NCBI GenBank assembly: GCA_030390025.1
Contig: CM059432.1
Coordinates: forward strand, 97,652,001-97,716,000
Length of the DNA stretch: 64,000 nucleotides
Reading direction: 5' to 3'
Source: Squalus acanthias
Taxonomy: Eukaryota
In this document: in pieces, positions 35,502 through 48,559 of the stretch
How positions within the stretch are numbered: the first letter of the stretch is position 1
Layout of the letters: each line of letters opens with the position of its first letter
Program-made: the position numbers and the translations under genes
Notes under the pieces: generated by a model
Database searches by the model: none
The model's input: the letters and a program-made list of their open reading frames with translations, nothing else
What the model was told of the DNA's origin: nothing

Positions 35502-35861
35502 GCTTGGCAGCAAAATGGATTACAGGTCTCTCCAGGCTGAGATTCAAGGCTGCAATGAGCAGGGTGTGGCTGGGGAGCAAGTGGCCCCCCCCGCTTTAAG
35601 AAGTGTCCGGTGCCAGTGTGTCTGTGTTCCCTCGCTAACTGGCAGCAGCTGCGCTGCGCTCGCGCGCTGAGTTAGCGCCTCACTCCTTGGCCTTTGCGCC
35701 TTAAGAGAGGTGTGCAGCGCCTGCTTTATCGCTCCACTCACCTCCCGGGGCGGTAAAAGTGAAGTTTCCTGTCAGTGCCGATAATTAGCGCCAGGCGCTA
35801 ATATTTGCGTCCGGACGATATTTGCGCCCCAAATGGGGCGCGACCTAATTTCTACCCCAAC

Positions 35862-36140
35862 GCCTCTAAGTCAGAATGCCCCCTAAACGGAACAATGCCC
35901 TCGCGCCGTGGATCACTGGTTGGCCTGGGATAGCCGACTCCAGTCGATGTGTAGTGCCGCTCGTTTCGGTGCTGGAGTGTGGACGGATGGGTGCCGCCTC
36001 TCTCCTGTTTACGCATAGCATGTTCGTGGGGAACCTGGTGCTAAATTATTCGTAGACGACCTGATTCTGGTTCAGGGTTTTCTACGTAGCAGAGCAGCTA
36101 TCTCGGTGCGATCTATTGAAAGTCAGCCCTCGAGCCGAAG
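35862..36140 (+). pseudogene. 28S rRNA retrocopy, part 2 (to near the mature 3' end)
   Basis: GCCTCTAAGTCAGAAT..CATGTTCGTGGGGAACCTGGTGCTAAA..TTCGTAGACGACCTG..GATCTATTGAAAGTCAGCCCTCGA. Confidence 0.9.
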
Positions 36141-36437
36141 GGGCATAGTTTCAGAATAAGGGGTCGCCCATTTAAGACGGAGATGAGGAGGAATTTCTTC
36201 TCTCAGAGGGTCGTGAATCTTTGGAATTCTCTACCCCAGAGAGCTGTGGAGGCGGAGTCATTGAATATATTCAAGGCGGAGATAGACAGACATTTGAACT
36301 ATAAGCGAGTCAAGGGGTATGGGGAGAGAGCGGGAAAGTGGTGTTGAGGCCAAGATTGGATCAGCGATGATCTTATTGAATGGCGGAGCAGGCTCGAGGG
36401 GCCGATTGGCCGACTCCTGCTCCTGTTTCTTATGTTC
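36139..36437 (+). mobile_element. CR1 3' end fused to the 28S copy
   Basis: GHSFRIRGRPFKTEMRRNFFSQRVVNLWNSLP followed by the CR1 3' UTR ..GGCTCGAGGGGCCGATTGGCCGACTCCTGCTCCTGTTTCTTATGTTC. Confidence 0.9.
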
Positions 36438-36640
36438 AGCACGCTACCTGTGTACATGTGAGAATCAACGCCGCTGTTGCTGTGTATACATACATGCGAA
36501 GGTGAAGCACAGATGATTCTCCATGAGCATTAATGGTAAAACATCACAAAAATTCAGTTTAGGTGTCACAAATTCACCTTAAACCTGTCCACTCGAAAGT
36601 TGTACACTGTCCTTCCAAGATCCATAAAAATGGCTTTGGG

Positions 36641-36658
36641 ATCCCATCCTTGTCGCCA
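36641..36658 (-). promoter_or_regulatory. Gypsy PBS, tRNA-Ser(GCU)
   Basis: TGGCGACAAGGATGGGAT, one mismatch to the complement of the tRNA-Ser 3' end. Confidence 0.75.
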
Positions 36659-36661
36659 AAA

Positions 36662-36785
36662 TGTAATATATGTCGGTAGAACAAATGAAGGACAGAGACA
36701 CAATAAGTTGCTTTATTAGGCCAGGGCGAACTGAGCATGCTCATACGAAACCATATGACAAACCATGTGATAATACATTATAACA
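36662..36785 (-). repeat. Short (124 bp) Gypsy 5' LTR
   Basis: Minus strand TGTTATAATG..TATATTACA with AATAAA, 3 nt upstream of the PBS; partner LTR not seen. Confidence 0.6.
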
Positions 36786-36882
36786 ACTTACGCCAACATT
36801 TCCTGACAATCTCATTAGCACACATTTGAACATAAAAACGGTGTAACACAAGCGTAAATCAGCGTCAATAATCCGGGCCCAT

Positions 36883-37180
36883 AGGAACATGAACAGGTCA
36901 TTCAGCCCCTTGAGCTTGTTCCGCCATTCAATTAGATCATGATTGATCTGTACCTTAAATCCATCTACCCGCCTTGGTTCCGTAAGCCTTAATATCCTTG
37001 CCTAACAAAAATCTATCAATCTCAGTGCTGAAATTTTGAATTGCGCTTGCCTCAACAATTTTTTGGAGGAGAGTGTTCCAGATTTCCACTGCCCTGTGTG
37101 TGAAGAAGTGCTTCCTGACATCACCCCTGAATGGCCTAGCACAAATCTTAAGGTTATGCCCCCTTGTTCTGGATTCCACC
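36883..37180 (-). mobile_element. CR1 3' fragment
   Basis: ESRTRGHNLKICARPFRGDVRKHFFTHRAVEIWN plus 3' UTR. Confidence 0.8.
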
Positions 37181-37189
37181 ACCAAAAAT

Positions 37190-40083
37190 TTATTTGGCTT
37201 AGAAATCCGATAGCGACGGAAAATGGCCGGTGCCACTGCAGGGCGAGGTTAACTCCCGCCCGTAAAAAGAGTGTAGGCAGCATCGTTACTTTGGTGCTGC
37301 ATGCTGATTTAAATGATCGGAGCGCAGAACCTACTGTGGAACACGCTGTTTCGGGTGGTGGTCTCAGCAGGAGGTCCGATGTAGCGTGGCCATAGCATCC
37401 CTGCAGCGAGGCAGCATTGTCTTAAAGCTAGTCTGTCATTTTAGAAAACAGTCTTGAGCCCTTAAAGGAGAACTGTCTTCTAAAATGAAAAAAAAAATCA
37501 TTTAAAAATAGGCACTCTTTAGCCCTTAGAGCTCCACTGCTTTCTGAAAATAATATTAAAAATAATTACAAAATGGCAGTCTTCAGCTCTTAAAGCTGAA
37601 ATGTATTCTGCACTCAAAAAAATAGTAGAAGTGCTTCAACACTAACACAAATGGTCTCATCACACACATCTTCCTATAGCGGCCACTCGTGTTGCACCCT
37701 AACCCTTCCAGCATTATCATTGCCGGCTCCCAGGAGCAAGATCCACCTCACCCCCCGGAGCAAGTTCAAGATGAGCAACAGCCACCTCACGACCCCCCCC
37801 CCCCGCCCCGACCCCCCACCACCACCCCGAAGAGGAGGAGGAAGAGGAGGAAACCATGGAAGAATGCGCTGTGTCAATGGCTACCACTGTCGCATGCACC
37901 AGCTCAGAGACCAGCAGCACGCATAATTTAGAGGCTAGGTTAGAAGAGGGATCCTCACATTGGGACGCACCGGGCACTAGTGGGGAGCAGCCACGCAGGG
38001 TGGAAACGACACCATAGGCGCCACCTTTACGGGGGGCAAGGTCGCATACTAGTTCTGTTGTAGAGGAGTCAGATCAGGACCTCGCAGGGCCAAGCTTCAG
38101 AAGAAGGCTGATGGGTGCAACAAACCAAATGCTTGGTGCAATGGACAGCCTGCCTGAAAGCTTACGGGTCGAGTCTAGGGCAATGGAGGAGTCTGCCTCC
38201 ACCTTGGTCCATGGCTTGATGCAGAGCCTGGAGCCCATCCTCTCCAGTGTGGAAAGGCTGGCCAATTCCAATCAGTGACCTGTGAAGCCTGACATCATGC
38301 AGCATCTGACGACTGAGTTTGCAGCTTCCAAAGCAGTCATTGCGGTTTGGCTGGAACAGCAAACTGCTGCAATGGAATCTCAGGAAGCTCTTGGCTCGTT
38401 GGTTGAAAAAGGCTTGCCATGATTCTCTGATGGCCAGAGATCTGTCCTCCATCAGATCACTGGGCGGGCTGAACAGAGGCCCCGAGGTAGCGGCGTGGGA
38501 ATCATGGAGCAGGAGCCTACTGGCCTCTCTCTGGATACCAGCATTGCTGCTCCCTCCCCCGCCACTCCATCATTGCTCTCGCCATTGCCTGTCAGCCAGG
38601 TGGCCCAGACTGCTGAAGCCCGTGCTGAGATGGTGCAGTCTGAGGCGGGGCCATCATGGCCCACAGCCTCTTGAGGGCATCCCAGGAGGACACCTGAACT
38701 GCCCTCTTCAGATTCTAAACGGCCATCCACCTCGCCTGCTGCTGCCACTGGGGTTGCACTTTGTAGAAGCACCAGATTAGGCAAGAGCACTTATAGATCG
38801 CCACTAAGGGTAAGAACCAAGGTGAATAGTTTAATATTTGTAAGTGCTGTTGGTTGTGTTATGTTCTATTGTTTGTTTTTGATGTAGATAAAGAGTGATG
38901 ATGGTAATTGGGTAATGGTGGAATCGGTGGTCTTTTTTATTGTGATCGTCCTGGGGAAGGGGTTGAAAGGATTGAGTGCAGCTGATGGACTGCCTGATGG
39001 ATCCTAAGTTGTGGAAGGTGCCTCATGTGGCCACATGATGCATTGATGGTGGAGCATGTCTCTCAAAAGGGCTCTTCAAAAAGATGGCGGCCAGTGTCCC
39101 TCCCAGGTGCGGGCCATCTACCTGGAAGCCTCTGGTGCTCCCCTTGGTCCCCCTCCTCTTCCTCTTCCTCCTCCTGTGAATCCTGATCTTGTCTCTCTGG
39201 CACAATAGCTCGTGGTAATGGCTGGTCTCTTATGATCGTCAGATTGTGGAGCATGCAGAAAGTCAGCACGAATCTGGAGACCTTCTTGGCCGAGTACTGC
39301 AGGGCACCTCCTGATCAGTCAAGGCATCTAAACCTCTGCTTCAGGACCTAATCAATGATATTCCTGGTAGCTGAGTGGCTCTCACTGTATGAGTGCTCAG
39401 CTGGTGCCTAAGGCTTTCTCAGGGGAGTCATCAGCCATGGCATTAGAGGGTATCCCTTGTCACCTACTAGTCAGCCATGCACATTGTGCTGGGGCTCAAA
39501 GATCTGTGGGACAGGTGACTGCCTCATTATAAATACATCATGGTGGCTCCCTATATAGCAGGCATTCACCTGCACGATGTGCTGCTGGTGGTCGCAGACA
39601 AGCTGCTCATTGAGGGAATGGAATCCCTTCCTGTTCCTGAACACCTCTGAGTTTAAATGAGGGGCTCGCATGGCCACATGTGCACAGTCAATGGCTCCCT
39701 GGACCATGGTGAATTTCCACAATCCTGTTGAATCCTAGAGCTCTCTGCCTCTGGTCTTCTCTGGAAATAGGGAATGATATGTAGTCATTCCTCAGAGTGT
39801 ATAGAGCCGCAGAGACCTCCCTTATGCAGAAGTGCACAGAGGATTGAGAGATGTGACTTATATCACCTGTGGCAGCCTGGAAGGTTCCAGTAGCATAAAA
39901 ATGATGTGCCACTGTGACCTTGGCTGCCTCCGGCAATGCCGTCCTGGCTGTGCTGCTACATCTGAGTCTTCCTTCCATGAAGCCACAGATCTCTGTGATG
40001 ACCTCCTTGGTAAAATGCAGCCTCCTCATGCACTGGTCTTGGGTCATGTGAATGTAGGAGTAGTGCTTTAACTTCTTTAACAA
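37190..40083. mobile_element. Degenerate Harbinger element (transposase remnant 39060-40083 minus; partner-gene remnant about 37700-38820 plus)
   Basis: CMRRLHFTKEVI, GAIDCAH, NRKGFHSLN, FCMLHNL across frameshifts. Confidence 0.75.
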
Positions 40084-40949
40084 AATGGCATCTTGCTCTA
40101 AACGCAGGCTAAACCAGCGTTACAGCTTAAGACCTCGAAGGCTGTTGATCACCTAAAATATCTTGTGAAAATCGTCCCATATGGATTTCAATTATTAAAA
40201 ACCAGCTTCTTTTATTTCTGAGTCTATTGATCATGCCTGTTCCAACTAACCACAGCAATGGCTGAGTTTGGATGCTGTACTTAAATAGGAGATCTGACTG
40301 AAAGATTTTCCTTTCCATTACATGTTTGTCTGTGCATGAGTATGCTTGGTTTTATGTAAAAAAAAGGTTTTTATAATGTGAATATATGCACATATTCTAC
40401 ACAGCTGAGTTTGCCTATATTAATAAATTAATTGGGGGTGGGGGTGGTTGGTGGAGGCTGTAACCAGTCACTTTATACTGCACAAGGTTTTATTTAAACA
40501 GAGCAAAGTAAAAATGATGATTCCCATGACAAAGGATACACCACAACATGGTGGTTGAAGGATTCTTCACTAATGAACTGATAGGAAAAGGTGGAAAAGA
40601 CATATTTTAACATTTATATTCTGGAATGGAACTTTTTTCTGGCGCACTGATACCAGATAGTCTAGCAACAAAATTATATAGATCAGGCAATAACTGTAGT
40701 TTCCATAAAACATAAGGAGCAGCATTATACATACTTAGATGGAATTACATAACATAACAGGCCTAATAACTATTGATTGCACGTACTTCAAGCCATATAC
40801 CCTTCCAAATAATTGAACCATATTCTGCTGTGGGGCAGAGTCGATTTCTGCAATTACAGAGGTAGATCATGGAACAAAAAAGCCATGCACGGATAGTAGC
40901 TTTTCCTCACCATTTTTTTTTCCTGCAACAAATTTCTCCCATCCTCTCC

Positions 40950-42875
40950 CAAAGGCACTGATCCCTTACTAGGGTATGGTCCCGCAGGTACCAGGCACCC
41001 TTCGGTACCTTACTTAAGTGGCTATTTGTATGACCCTTGGGAGTGAATGCTTGTAGGCTGTTTATTGACTGGACAGAAAGGAAGAGTGAGAACCATGTGT
41101 AGAATTCGCAATATATCGCGATTTTATTAATAAGGAGAAAACACAGAGTTTCGTTCAAACAGCTTTTATTTCAGCAGAATGCTGGCAGGTTTAAAGTGGA
41201 CACAAGCAGCCTGTAAAATGGCCGCCGCACCTCGTGACAGAACATTCTAGACTTTTCAACAGGCAGACAAGATGGCGTTCCAATAAACATTTGTGCAAAG
41301 AGTCAGCACAGTGAAGATAATACACGAGACATTATGGGTTTGCAGTATACACATAGATACTGAAATCGGTCTCCCAGGTACAAAGGAAAGCCATTGTACC
41401 GAGTAATCAAGGGCCCATCCAAAAGACATTAATATGTAAAATCCCAACGACTCTACGATGAGAGAGCCGTTAGCAGGTAGTTATACAGGACACTTGGAAG
41501 CCCCAAACCCCTCCAGGGAGATTACCGACCGATTTAACAATGGGAGAAATATTAACAGGTACTCAGACATTTACGAGTAGCCCCGAAACCCATTAAGAAC
41601 GGAGATCACCCATACAAGACATTTGAGCGCCAGACCTTAAACAAAAGAATGGACATTATAGTTGGGCGGGAAACGGAAGATTTTGCACTATAATTGCAGG
41701 CTCCAAACCGTCCATCTTTCTCTTGCTGCTCTTATCATCGTGGCTGCTCCTGTGTACTCGTAGTTGGGCTTCTGCTTGCCTGTTGTCTCTTCTGAAAAGA
41801 CTGTTGAACTTTCTGATCCGTTCGGATCTACCTCGTGTCGCGTAACGAAGACCTATATTGGTAACCGGTATCGGAACCAAAAGGCCCGAGAAGAGATGAG
41901 ATGAGATGAGATGAGAAGAGAGGAAGACCATATCCATCGCCATGGTCAGTAAATCCCGACCGCGCCTGTAGGTCGATTAGCCAAGTTTTCCTCGCCAGGA
42001 AGACTTCTTCGAACTTATAACGAAACATATTGCATCGATGATAACTGGACTGTGCCCAAAGTAACTGGAATGTGAAAGCCACCAATACAGATCTTCATCA
42101 CAGCAGACGTTCCAGCCTGCTAGCCGGAGCAGCAGAAGCAAGTAAACAAGTGGGACCAGGAGATCTCCTGACCGACACGTGGGTGCTGCGGTGAAAAACA
42201 TCCGATCAGCTATTCGGAATTTCTCCGAGTTATCACGAGTGGTGAGCATGAGTCTCGAGATCCTACGAATCTAGTTTAGGATAGATACTGATAGGGGAGG
42301 GTTTAAGGATTAAGGATATTTGTAATGTGTGCCCCTATTTACTTTGTGCCGTTCGTTCCTCGTTTCCCTAAGATCGACTATATAACTGTTTGTAAGATTG
42401 TACTGTCATTAATCTGTGCTTATGACATGTATTTCATAATCTTAAGTATCATGCAATAAAGATTTTCCATTTCGTACCATTCAAACCAAGTCTACATGAG
42501 TTTCATCTCCATTACTGCTCTCGCATCTAAGTCCAGTGTCTAGAACCGTAAGGGAGAGTGATTCGAACCACTCACAGGTGTGTCTAGTGTTCCCAGACTG
42601 GCTGGAGACCAGAACAGGCAACGAGGCCTAGACCCGCACTGACATACAGGCTGCACAGAGCCACGTGAATCTCACAGGCTGCGAGACACGCAGGGTCAGA
42701 ATCCCTTACACATGGCTAATTTTCCTTCCCTAACTTAGAGACACTGAAACCAATTGGAGTACCCCTACCAGTGCCCCACTGAGATCACCTATAACTCAGC
42801 ACAGACAAGGAACTGAATCTAGGACCTCCTTGGGTGCATGGCTTAACTAAGCTCCGAATAAACTCACTGAGCCAT
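40950..42875 (-). mobile_element. LF-SINE-like element split by solo LTR C
   Basis: 42770-42875 CTGAGATCACCTATAACTCAGCACAGAC..GAATCTAGGACC..CACTGAGCCA resembles a tRNA-derived LF-SINE head on the minus strand. Confidence 0.45.
41098..42710 (+). mobile_element. Solo LTR, subfamily C (1613 bp)
   Basis: TGTAGAATTCGC..CCCTTACA; perfect 4-bp TSD CATG; alignable to LTR A along its length. Confidence 0.92.
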
Positions 42876-44239
42876 TAGTGGAGTGTAACATCATAAATTT
42901 AAATAATGGTTTCCTATCAATATGATTTTGCTTCATCAGACTGTTGAAGACACAGGAAAGTTTCCTGTAAAGAACTGACTGCAGGGTAAGTATATTTTGA
43001 TACATTACCTTGGAAAATTGTAACCTGCACCATCAATTTTATAATTCTGGTCCCATGCAATACACTACCCAATCTATTTTGACAGTGATACCACTCTGAA
43101 ATCCTAGCTGATCATTCTAAATCCCAAGCTTCCAGTGGAAGAATAACATAATGGGGCATAAAGTTCCTTTCAAAGTACAATAGGAAAGATATTTATAATG
43201 CAATTGTTGATTCATTGCTTAGCTAAATCTGGGACTATCACAATACAATTCTCTGTATGCTTGCCATTTTATATCTTGCTATCTCGTTTAAATATTATCA
43301 AACAGTTGTGGAAGATAGTACTCCTTCTTAAGAAAAGGACCTTTTAAATTGGTGAAATGCACAGTCGTAAAATACTCGACAACAAGACTAAACAGCTACA
43401 CAAAGAAAGGAGAAAATTGGGCCCAAAGAATTTCTGATTTGAAAGGTTAACCTTCAAACACATAAACATTTGTCTCTTCAATCAGCTCCTCATCCATCTG
43501 TCCCCAGAGTTTTCATTACAGTGAAATCTGCATTTATTCGCAATCTCAGATGAAGCATCATTTGTATCGATGTGGATTGGTGCATTCTCCCATTTTGTTA
43601 CGTACATATAATTGTTGAAGTGAAAGATTCATTCTACATTATTATTATTTTTTGAATCCTGGCCTATTACATATAATAGGACCCAACTGTTTTAAAATGA
43701 TTTATCTTGAAAATAAAGTTATTTTTGAAAATTTTTAGGTGTTTCTTATATCAATTCATATTGCACGAACGGATGTTTGAAACCATGGGCCGTGCTTCTT
43801 AACTGTCAATCGCTTCTTTCAACATCATGTACTGTAAAGGTCCTTTGAATATCCCGAGAGACAGATTGCCATCTGCTAATGATATTCCATTGCAAACTTC
43901 ATTAAAACTTCATTAGTAGCTTAAAGGGAGGTTTTTTTTGTGGGAAAAGGAGGGTAGCCACATCATAGAGCTGCAGAAAGATATCTGTGGGATACATAAA
44001 TTGCAGCAGGGCCCCAAGGGTTTTGTATGCAGCCGTGGAAATGCTGGTGGAGAATGCGAACAGTGAAAAGGGAGGTCCTCTACCCCACGGATGGCAGATG
44101 GATACTGAGACAAATTGATGAATGGGCATGGCAAGAGATGGATAGCACTTGAAAACCATCAGCATTTTCGCTAGGACATGGGCCACGGGGCTGAAAGACA
44201 TTTAATGATCTCACCAGAAGTACCAAGGTAAGACTCCCC

Positions 44240-45125
44240 ACATCAATGTAAGGGGCATGATTAAGAAGTTTGCAGATGATACAAAAATTGGCTGTGAGTT
44301 TGATAGTGGGGTAGAAAGCTGTAGACTGCAGGAAGATAGCAATAGACTGGTCAGGTGGGCAGAAAAGTGGCAAATGGAATTCAATCCGGAGAAGTGTGAG
44401 GTAATGCATTTGGGGAGGGCTAACAAGGCAAGGGAATACACAATAAATGGTAGGATACTGAGAAGTGTAGAGGAACAGAGGGACCTTGGAGTGCCTGTCC
44501 ACAGGTGCCTGAAGGTAGCAGTACAGGTAGATAAGGTGGTTAAGAAGGCATACGGGATATTTTCCTTTATTAACCGAGGCATAGAATATAAGAGCAGGGA
44601 GGTTGTGCTTGAACGGTATAAAACACTAGTTAGGAATCAGCTAGACGGCATACAGTTCTGGTCACCATTACAGGAAAGATGTGATTGCACTAGAGAGGGT
44701 ACAGAGGAGATTTACGAGGATGTTGCCAGGAATGGAGAAATTTAGCTATGAGGAAAGATTGGATAGGCTGGGGTTGTTTTCTTTGGAATAGAGGAGGCTG
44801 AGGGGAGACTTGATTGAGATGTATAAAATTATGAGGGGCTTAGATAGAGTGGATAGGAAAGATCTAATTTCCCCAGCAGAGAGGTCAATAACCAGAGGGC
44901 ATAGATTTAAAGTAATTGGTAGAAGGAAAGAGGGGAGTTGAGGAGAACTTTTTTCACCCAGTGGGTGGTGGGGGTCTGGAACTCACTGCCTGAAAGGGTG
45001 GTAGAGGCAGAAACGGTCATCACATTTAAAAAGTACTTGGATATGCACGTGGAGTGCCATAACCTACAAGGCTATGGACCAGGAGCTGCAAAGTGGGATT
45101 AGGCTAGATAGCTCTTTTTTGACCA
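44240..45125 (+). mobile_element. CR1 3' fragment
   Basis: KFADDTKIG..WQMEFNPEKCEVMH..RDLGV, continuing to the 3' UTR. Confidence 0.85.
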
Positions 45126-45126
45126 G

Positions 45127-46870
45127 CATAAGAACATAAGAAATAGGGGCAGGAATAGGCCACTTGGCCCCTCGAGCCTGCTCCGTCATTCAATAAGATC
45201 ATGGCTGATCTTGGGCTCAAAGCCACTTCCCTGCCCGCTCCCCATAACCCTTCACTCCCTTATCTTGCAAAAATCTGTCTATCTCCACCTTAAATGTATT
45301 TAATGACCCAGCCTCCACGGCTCTCTGGGGCAGAGAATTCCACAAATTTACAACCCTCTGAGAGAAGAAATTCCTCCTTATCTCAGTTCTAAAAGGGAGA
45401 CCCTTTATTCTGAAACTATGCCCCAGAGTTCTAGATTTCCCCACGAGGGGAAACATCCTCTCTGCATCTACCTTTTCAAGCCCCCTCAGTATCTTATATG
45501 TTTCAATAAGATCACCTCTCATTCTTCTAAATTCCAATGAGTATAGGCCAAACCTGCTCAACCTTTCTTCATAAGTCAACCCCCTCATCTCTGGAATTAA
45601 CCTAGTGAATCGTCTCTGAATTACCTCCAATGTAAGTATATCCTTCCTTAAATAAGGAGACCAAAACTGTATGCAGTACTCGAGGTGTGGTCTCACCAAT
45701 ACCCTGTACAGTTGTAGCAGGACTTCCCTGCTTTTATACTCCAACCCCCTTGCAATAAAGGCCAGCATTCCATTTGCCTTTTTGATTACTTGCTGTACCT
45801 GCATGCTAACTTTTTGTGTTTCATGCACAAGGACCCCCAGGTCCCTCTGAACTGCAGCATTTTGTAATCTCCATTTAAATAATAATTTGCTTTTTTATTT
45901 TTCCTGCCAAAATGGATAACCTCGCACTTTCCCACATTATATTCCATCTGCCAAATGTTTGCCCACTCACTCAACCTGTCTATATCCCTTTGCAGAATCT
46001 TTCAGTCCTCTGCACAACTTGCTTTCCCACCCATCTTTGTATCAGCCGCAAACTTGGCTACATTACACTCGGTCCCTTCATCCAAGTCATTAATGTAGAT
46101 TGTAAATAGTTGAAGCCCCAGCACCAATCCTGTGGCACCCCACTAGTTACCGTTTGCCAACCGGAAAATGACCCATTTATCCCGACTCTTCATTTCTGTT
46201 AGTTAGCCAATTCTCTATCCATGCTAATATATTACCCCCAACTCCGTGAGCTCTTATCTTATGCAGTAACCTTTTATGTGGCACCTTATCAAATGCCTTC
46301 TGGAAATCCAAATACACCACATCCACTGGCTCACCCTTATCCACCCTGCTTGTTACATCCTCAAAGAACTCCAGCAAATTTGCTAAACATGATTTCCCTT
46401 TCATAAAACCATGCTGACTCTGCTTGACTGCATTATGATTTTCCAAATGCACTGATACTGCTTCCATAATGAAGGACTCCAGCATTTTCCCAACGACAGA
46501 TGTTAGGTTAACTGGTCTATAGTTTCCTGCTTTCTGTCTCCCTCCTTTCTTAAATAGGGGTGTTACATTTGCGGTTTTCCAATCTGCTGGGACCGCTCCA
46601 GAGTCCAGGGAATTTTGATATATTGCAACCAATGCATCCACTATCTCTACAGCCACTTCTTTTAAGACCCTGGGATTCAGGCCATCTGGTCAGGGGACTT
46701 GTCATCTTTTAGTCCCATTATTTTACCAAGTACTTTTTCCTTAGTGATAGTGATTGTCTTTAGTTCACCCCTCTCTGTGGCCCCTTGATTATCCATTATT
46801 GGAATGTTGTTAGTGTCTTCTACCGTGAAGACAGATACAAAATATTTGTTCAGAGTCTCTGCCATTTCCC
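45127..46870 (-). mobile_element. CR1 5'-truncated copy with tail repeat
   Basis: Frameshifted ORF2 RT pieces (46177-46656, 45217-45828); CATAAGAACATAAGAA tail. Confidence 0.9.
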
Positions 46871-47219
46871 CATACCCCGATAATGCACGGTTACTCACTC
46901 TTACCCTGCCAAGTACCAACACAGAAACTGGTATCCCCCATAACTTAGCTAGTGAGTTTGAGGCGACTCCACTGGGGATTTACTGAGCACAAGTGAGAAG
47001 GAGCAGATGGAGGGGGCAAGAAAGGTCCAGAAAAGAGCTAAGTGGCGGTCCAGCTTACATCCTAGTTCTGCTAAAGGGAGCAAGGTAGACTTCAGGTGCC
47101 CAACATTTAAAAGAAAAATGATTTCTGTACTCCACCACTTGTTAAATACATTGGATAGCCCACCAGGGAGCTTCCAAAACATGTCAGATAGTATGGCGGA
47201 ATTCATTACCAACTTATTT

Positions 47220-47615
47220 TTCAAATCCCTCCATTGCCTCGCCCCTTCCTATCTCTGTAATCGCCTTCGGCCCCACAACCCCACGAGATATCTGTGCTCC
47301 TCTAATTCTGCCCCCTTGAGCATCCCTGATTATAAATCGCTCAACCTTTGGTGGCTGTGCCTTCTGTTGCCGAGGCCCTAAGCTCTGGAATTCCCTGCCT
47401 AAACCTCTCCGCCTCGCTACCTCTCTTTCCTCCTTTAAGACACACCTTAAAACCTACCTCTTTGACCAAGCTTTTGGTCACCTGCACTAATTTCTCCTTA
47501 CTTGGCTTGTTGTCAATTTTTTTTTTTGCCTTTTAATACTCCTGTGAAGCACTTTGGGACGTTTTACTACGTTAAAGGCGCTATATAAATACAGGTTGTT
47601 ATTGTTGTTGTTGTT
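47220..47615 (+). mobile_element. L2-clade LINE 3' fragment
   Basis: FKSLHCLAPSYL.., LWNSLP, ..AAAGGCGCTATATAAATAC plus (TTG)n tail. Confidence 0.75.
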
Positions 47616-48559
47616 ATTTGGGTTATCATTCAGGAACCTGCAGTCAACCATAGAGCTTGAGGTCACCTAAATGACTGCTGTAGCTAAGCACCCCTACAGG
47701 AGTATATGACACCAATAGTAACATCTCTCAGTATAGCTCATACTGGAGACCTCCATTGTGGATAGGCTGGTAAACCGAATGGATAGGAGATCTGTAGATA
47801 TGCTGCAGTAGCTGGGGAAGTCTTGAAATGGGAATGGAACATGATATCATATCTTATAAGGACAAAACTACTGTACCCTCGTGTCCTCCTGAACTAATGC
47901 CTGCCCTGGTGCCGGAAAACAAGCCAGGCCAGACTGTCTTTTCAGATGCCGAGCTGTTACATTCTGCAGCTAGGCAGGCCTGAGCTCCTAGAGGTCTATG
48001 ACCACAAGTATCTCACGAGTCCTTGAATGAGCCACGGCAGGCATGTTGCAGCCATTGGAGGAACACCTCATAGAAGCTCAATAGTCAGTAAAAGAGCACT
48101 TAAGACAGACACTAGAGCCTCACACCAAGGTGAGAAATAGTGTGTATGCCTTTCTGGAAGCCAGTAAAAGCACAATATTGTTTGAAATCTTTGTGTGCAG
48201 TGCGTGTTCCTGTAGTAGCGGGTTGAGCTGCAATGTTAGTTGACATGAATTTTGGAATTTGGCAGGTGCTTTTGATTGTAGGTTGGAAGGACTGGGACAC
48301 ATGTTGGACGTGAAGGGGAGCGCAGCTGGTTCAGTAAAAGTGAAACCTGGAGCGGCATTGGCTTCACAAACTGACTGATATGAATAGAAGCTGAATTTAA
48401 AGGTGCACTCACCTGCAGCTACTTATGCCATTGGGATCCGTGTTCCATTGTGAGTAGTACATTTCCAAGGCAGTTATGAACTTCCAGTCTGCTTCTTTCT
48501 GATTTTTTTCCCCCTTACCTATCCTCATTAAGCAATTGTCGCTGCTGTTTTTTGCTTTA

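Larger units (their letters stand above)
31661..35858. mobile_element. PIF/Harbinger transposon copy 2, apparently intact (4198 bp)
   Basis: TIRs GGGGTAAAAATT / AATTTCTACCCC; 3-bp TSD AAC (31658-31660 / 35859-35861); the 28S sequence rejoins exactly across it. Confidence 0.95.
10700..36785 (-). mobile_element. Old Ty3/Gypsy LTR retrotransposon (Mag-like), fragmented by nested insertions; 3' LTR not found
   Basis: 5' LTR 36662-36785, PBS, gag 30506-31469, RT N-terminal part 29391-29763, RT/RH/IN 10700-12969, collinear on the minus strand. Confidence 0.85.

Noticed and set aside
31500..36140. Functional rDNA unit or an rDNA-specific transposon insertion (R2/Pokey-like)
   Set aside because: Only about 440 nt of 28S, mutated in the sarcin-ricin loop and fused to CR1; the sister Harbinger at 3927 is not in rDNA, so no targeting is evident
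43730..43900. Possible host exon after a TTTTTAG acceptor
   Set aside because: All plus frames stop within about 35 codons and no recognisable protein similarity or donor site supports it
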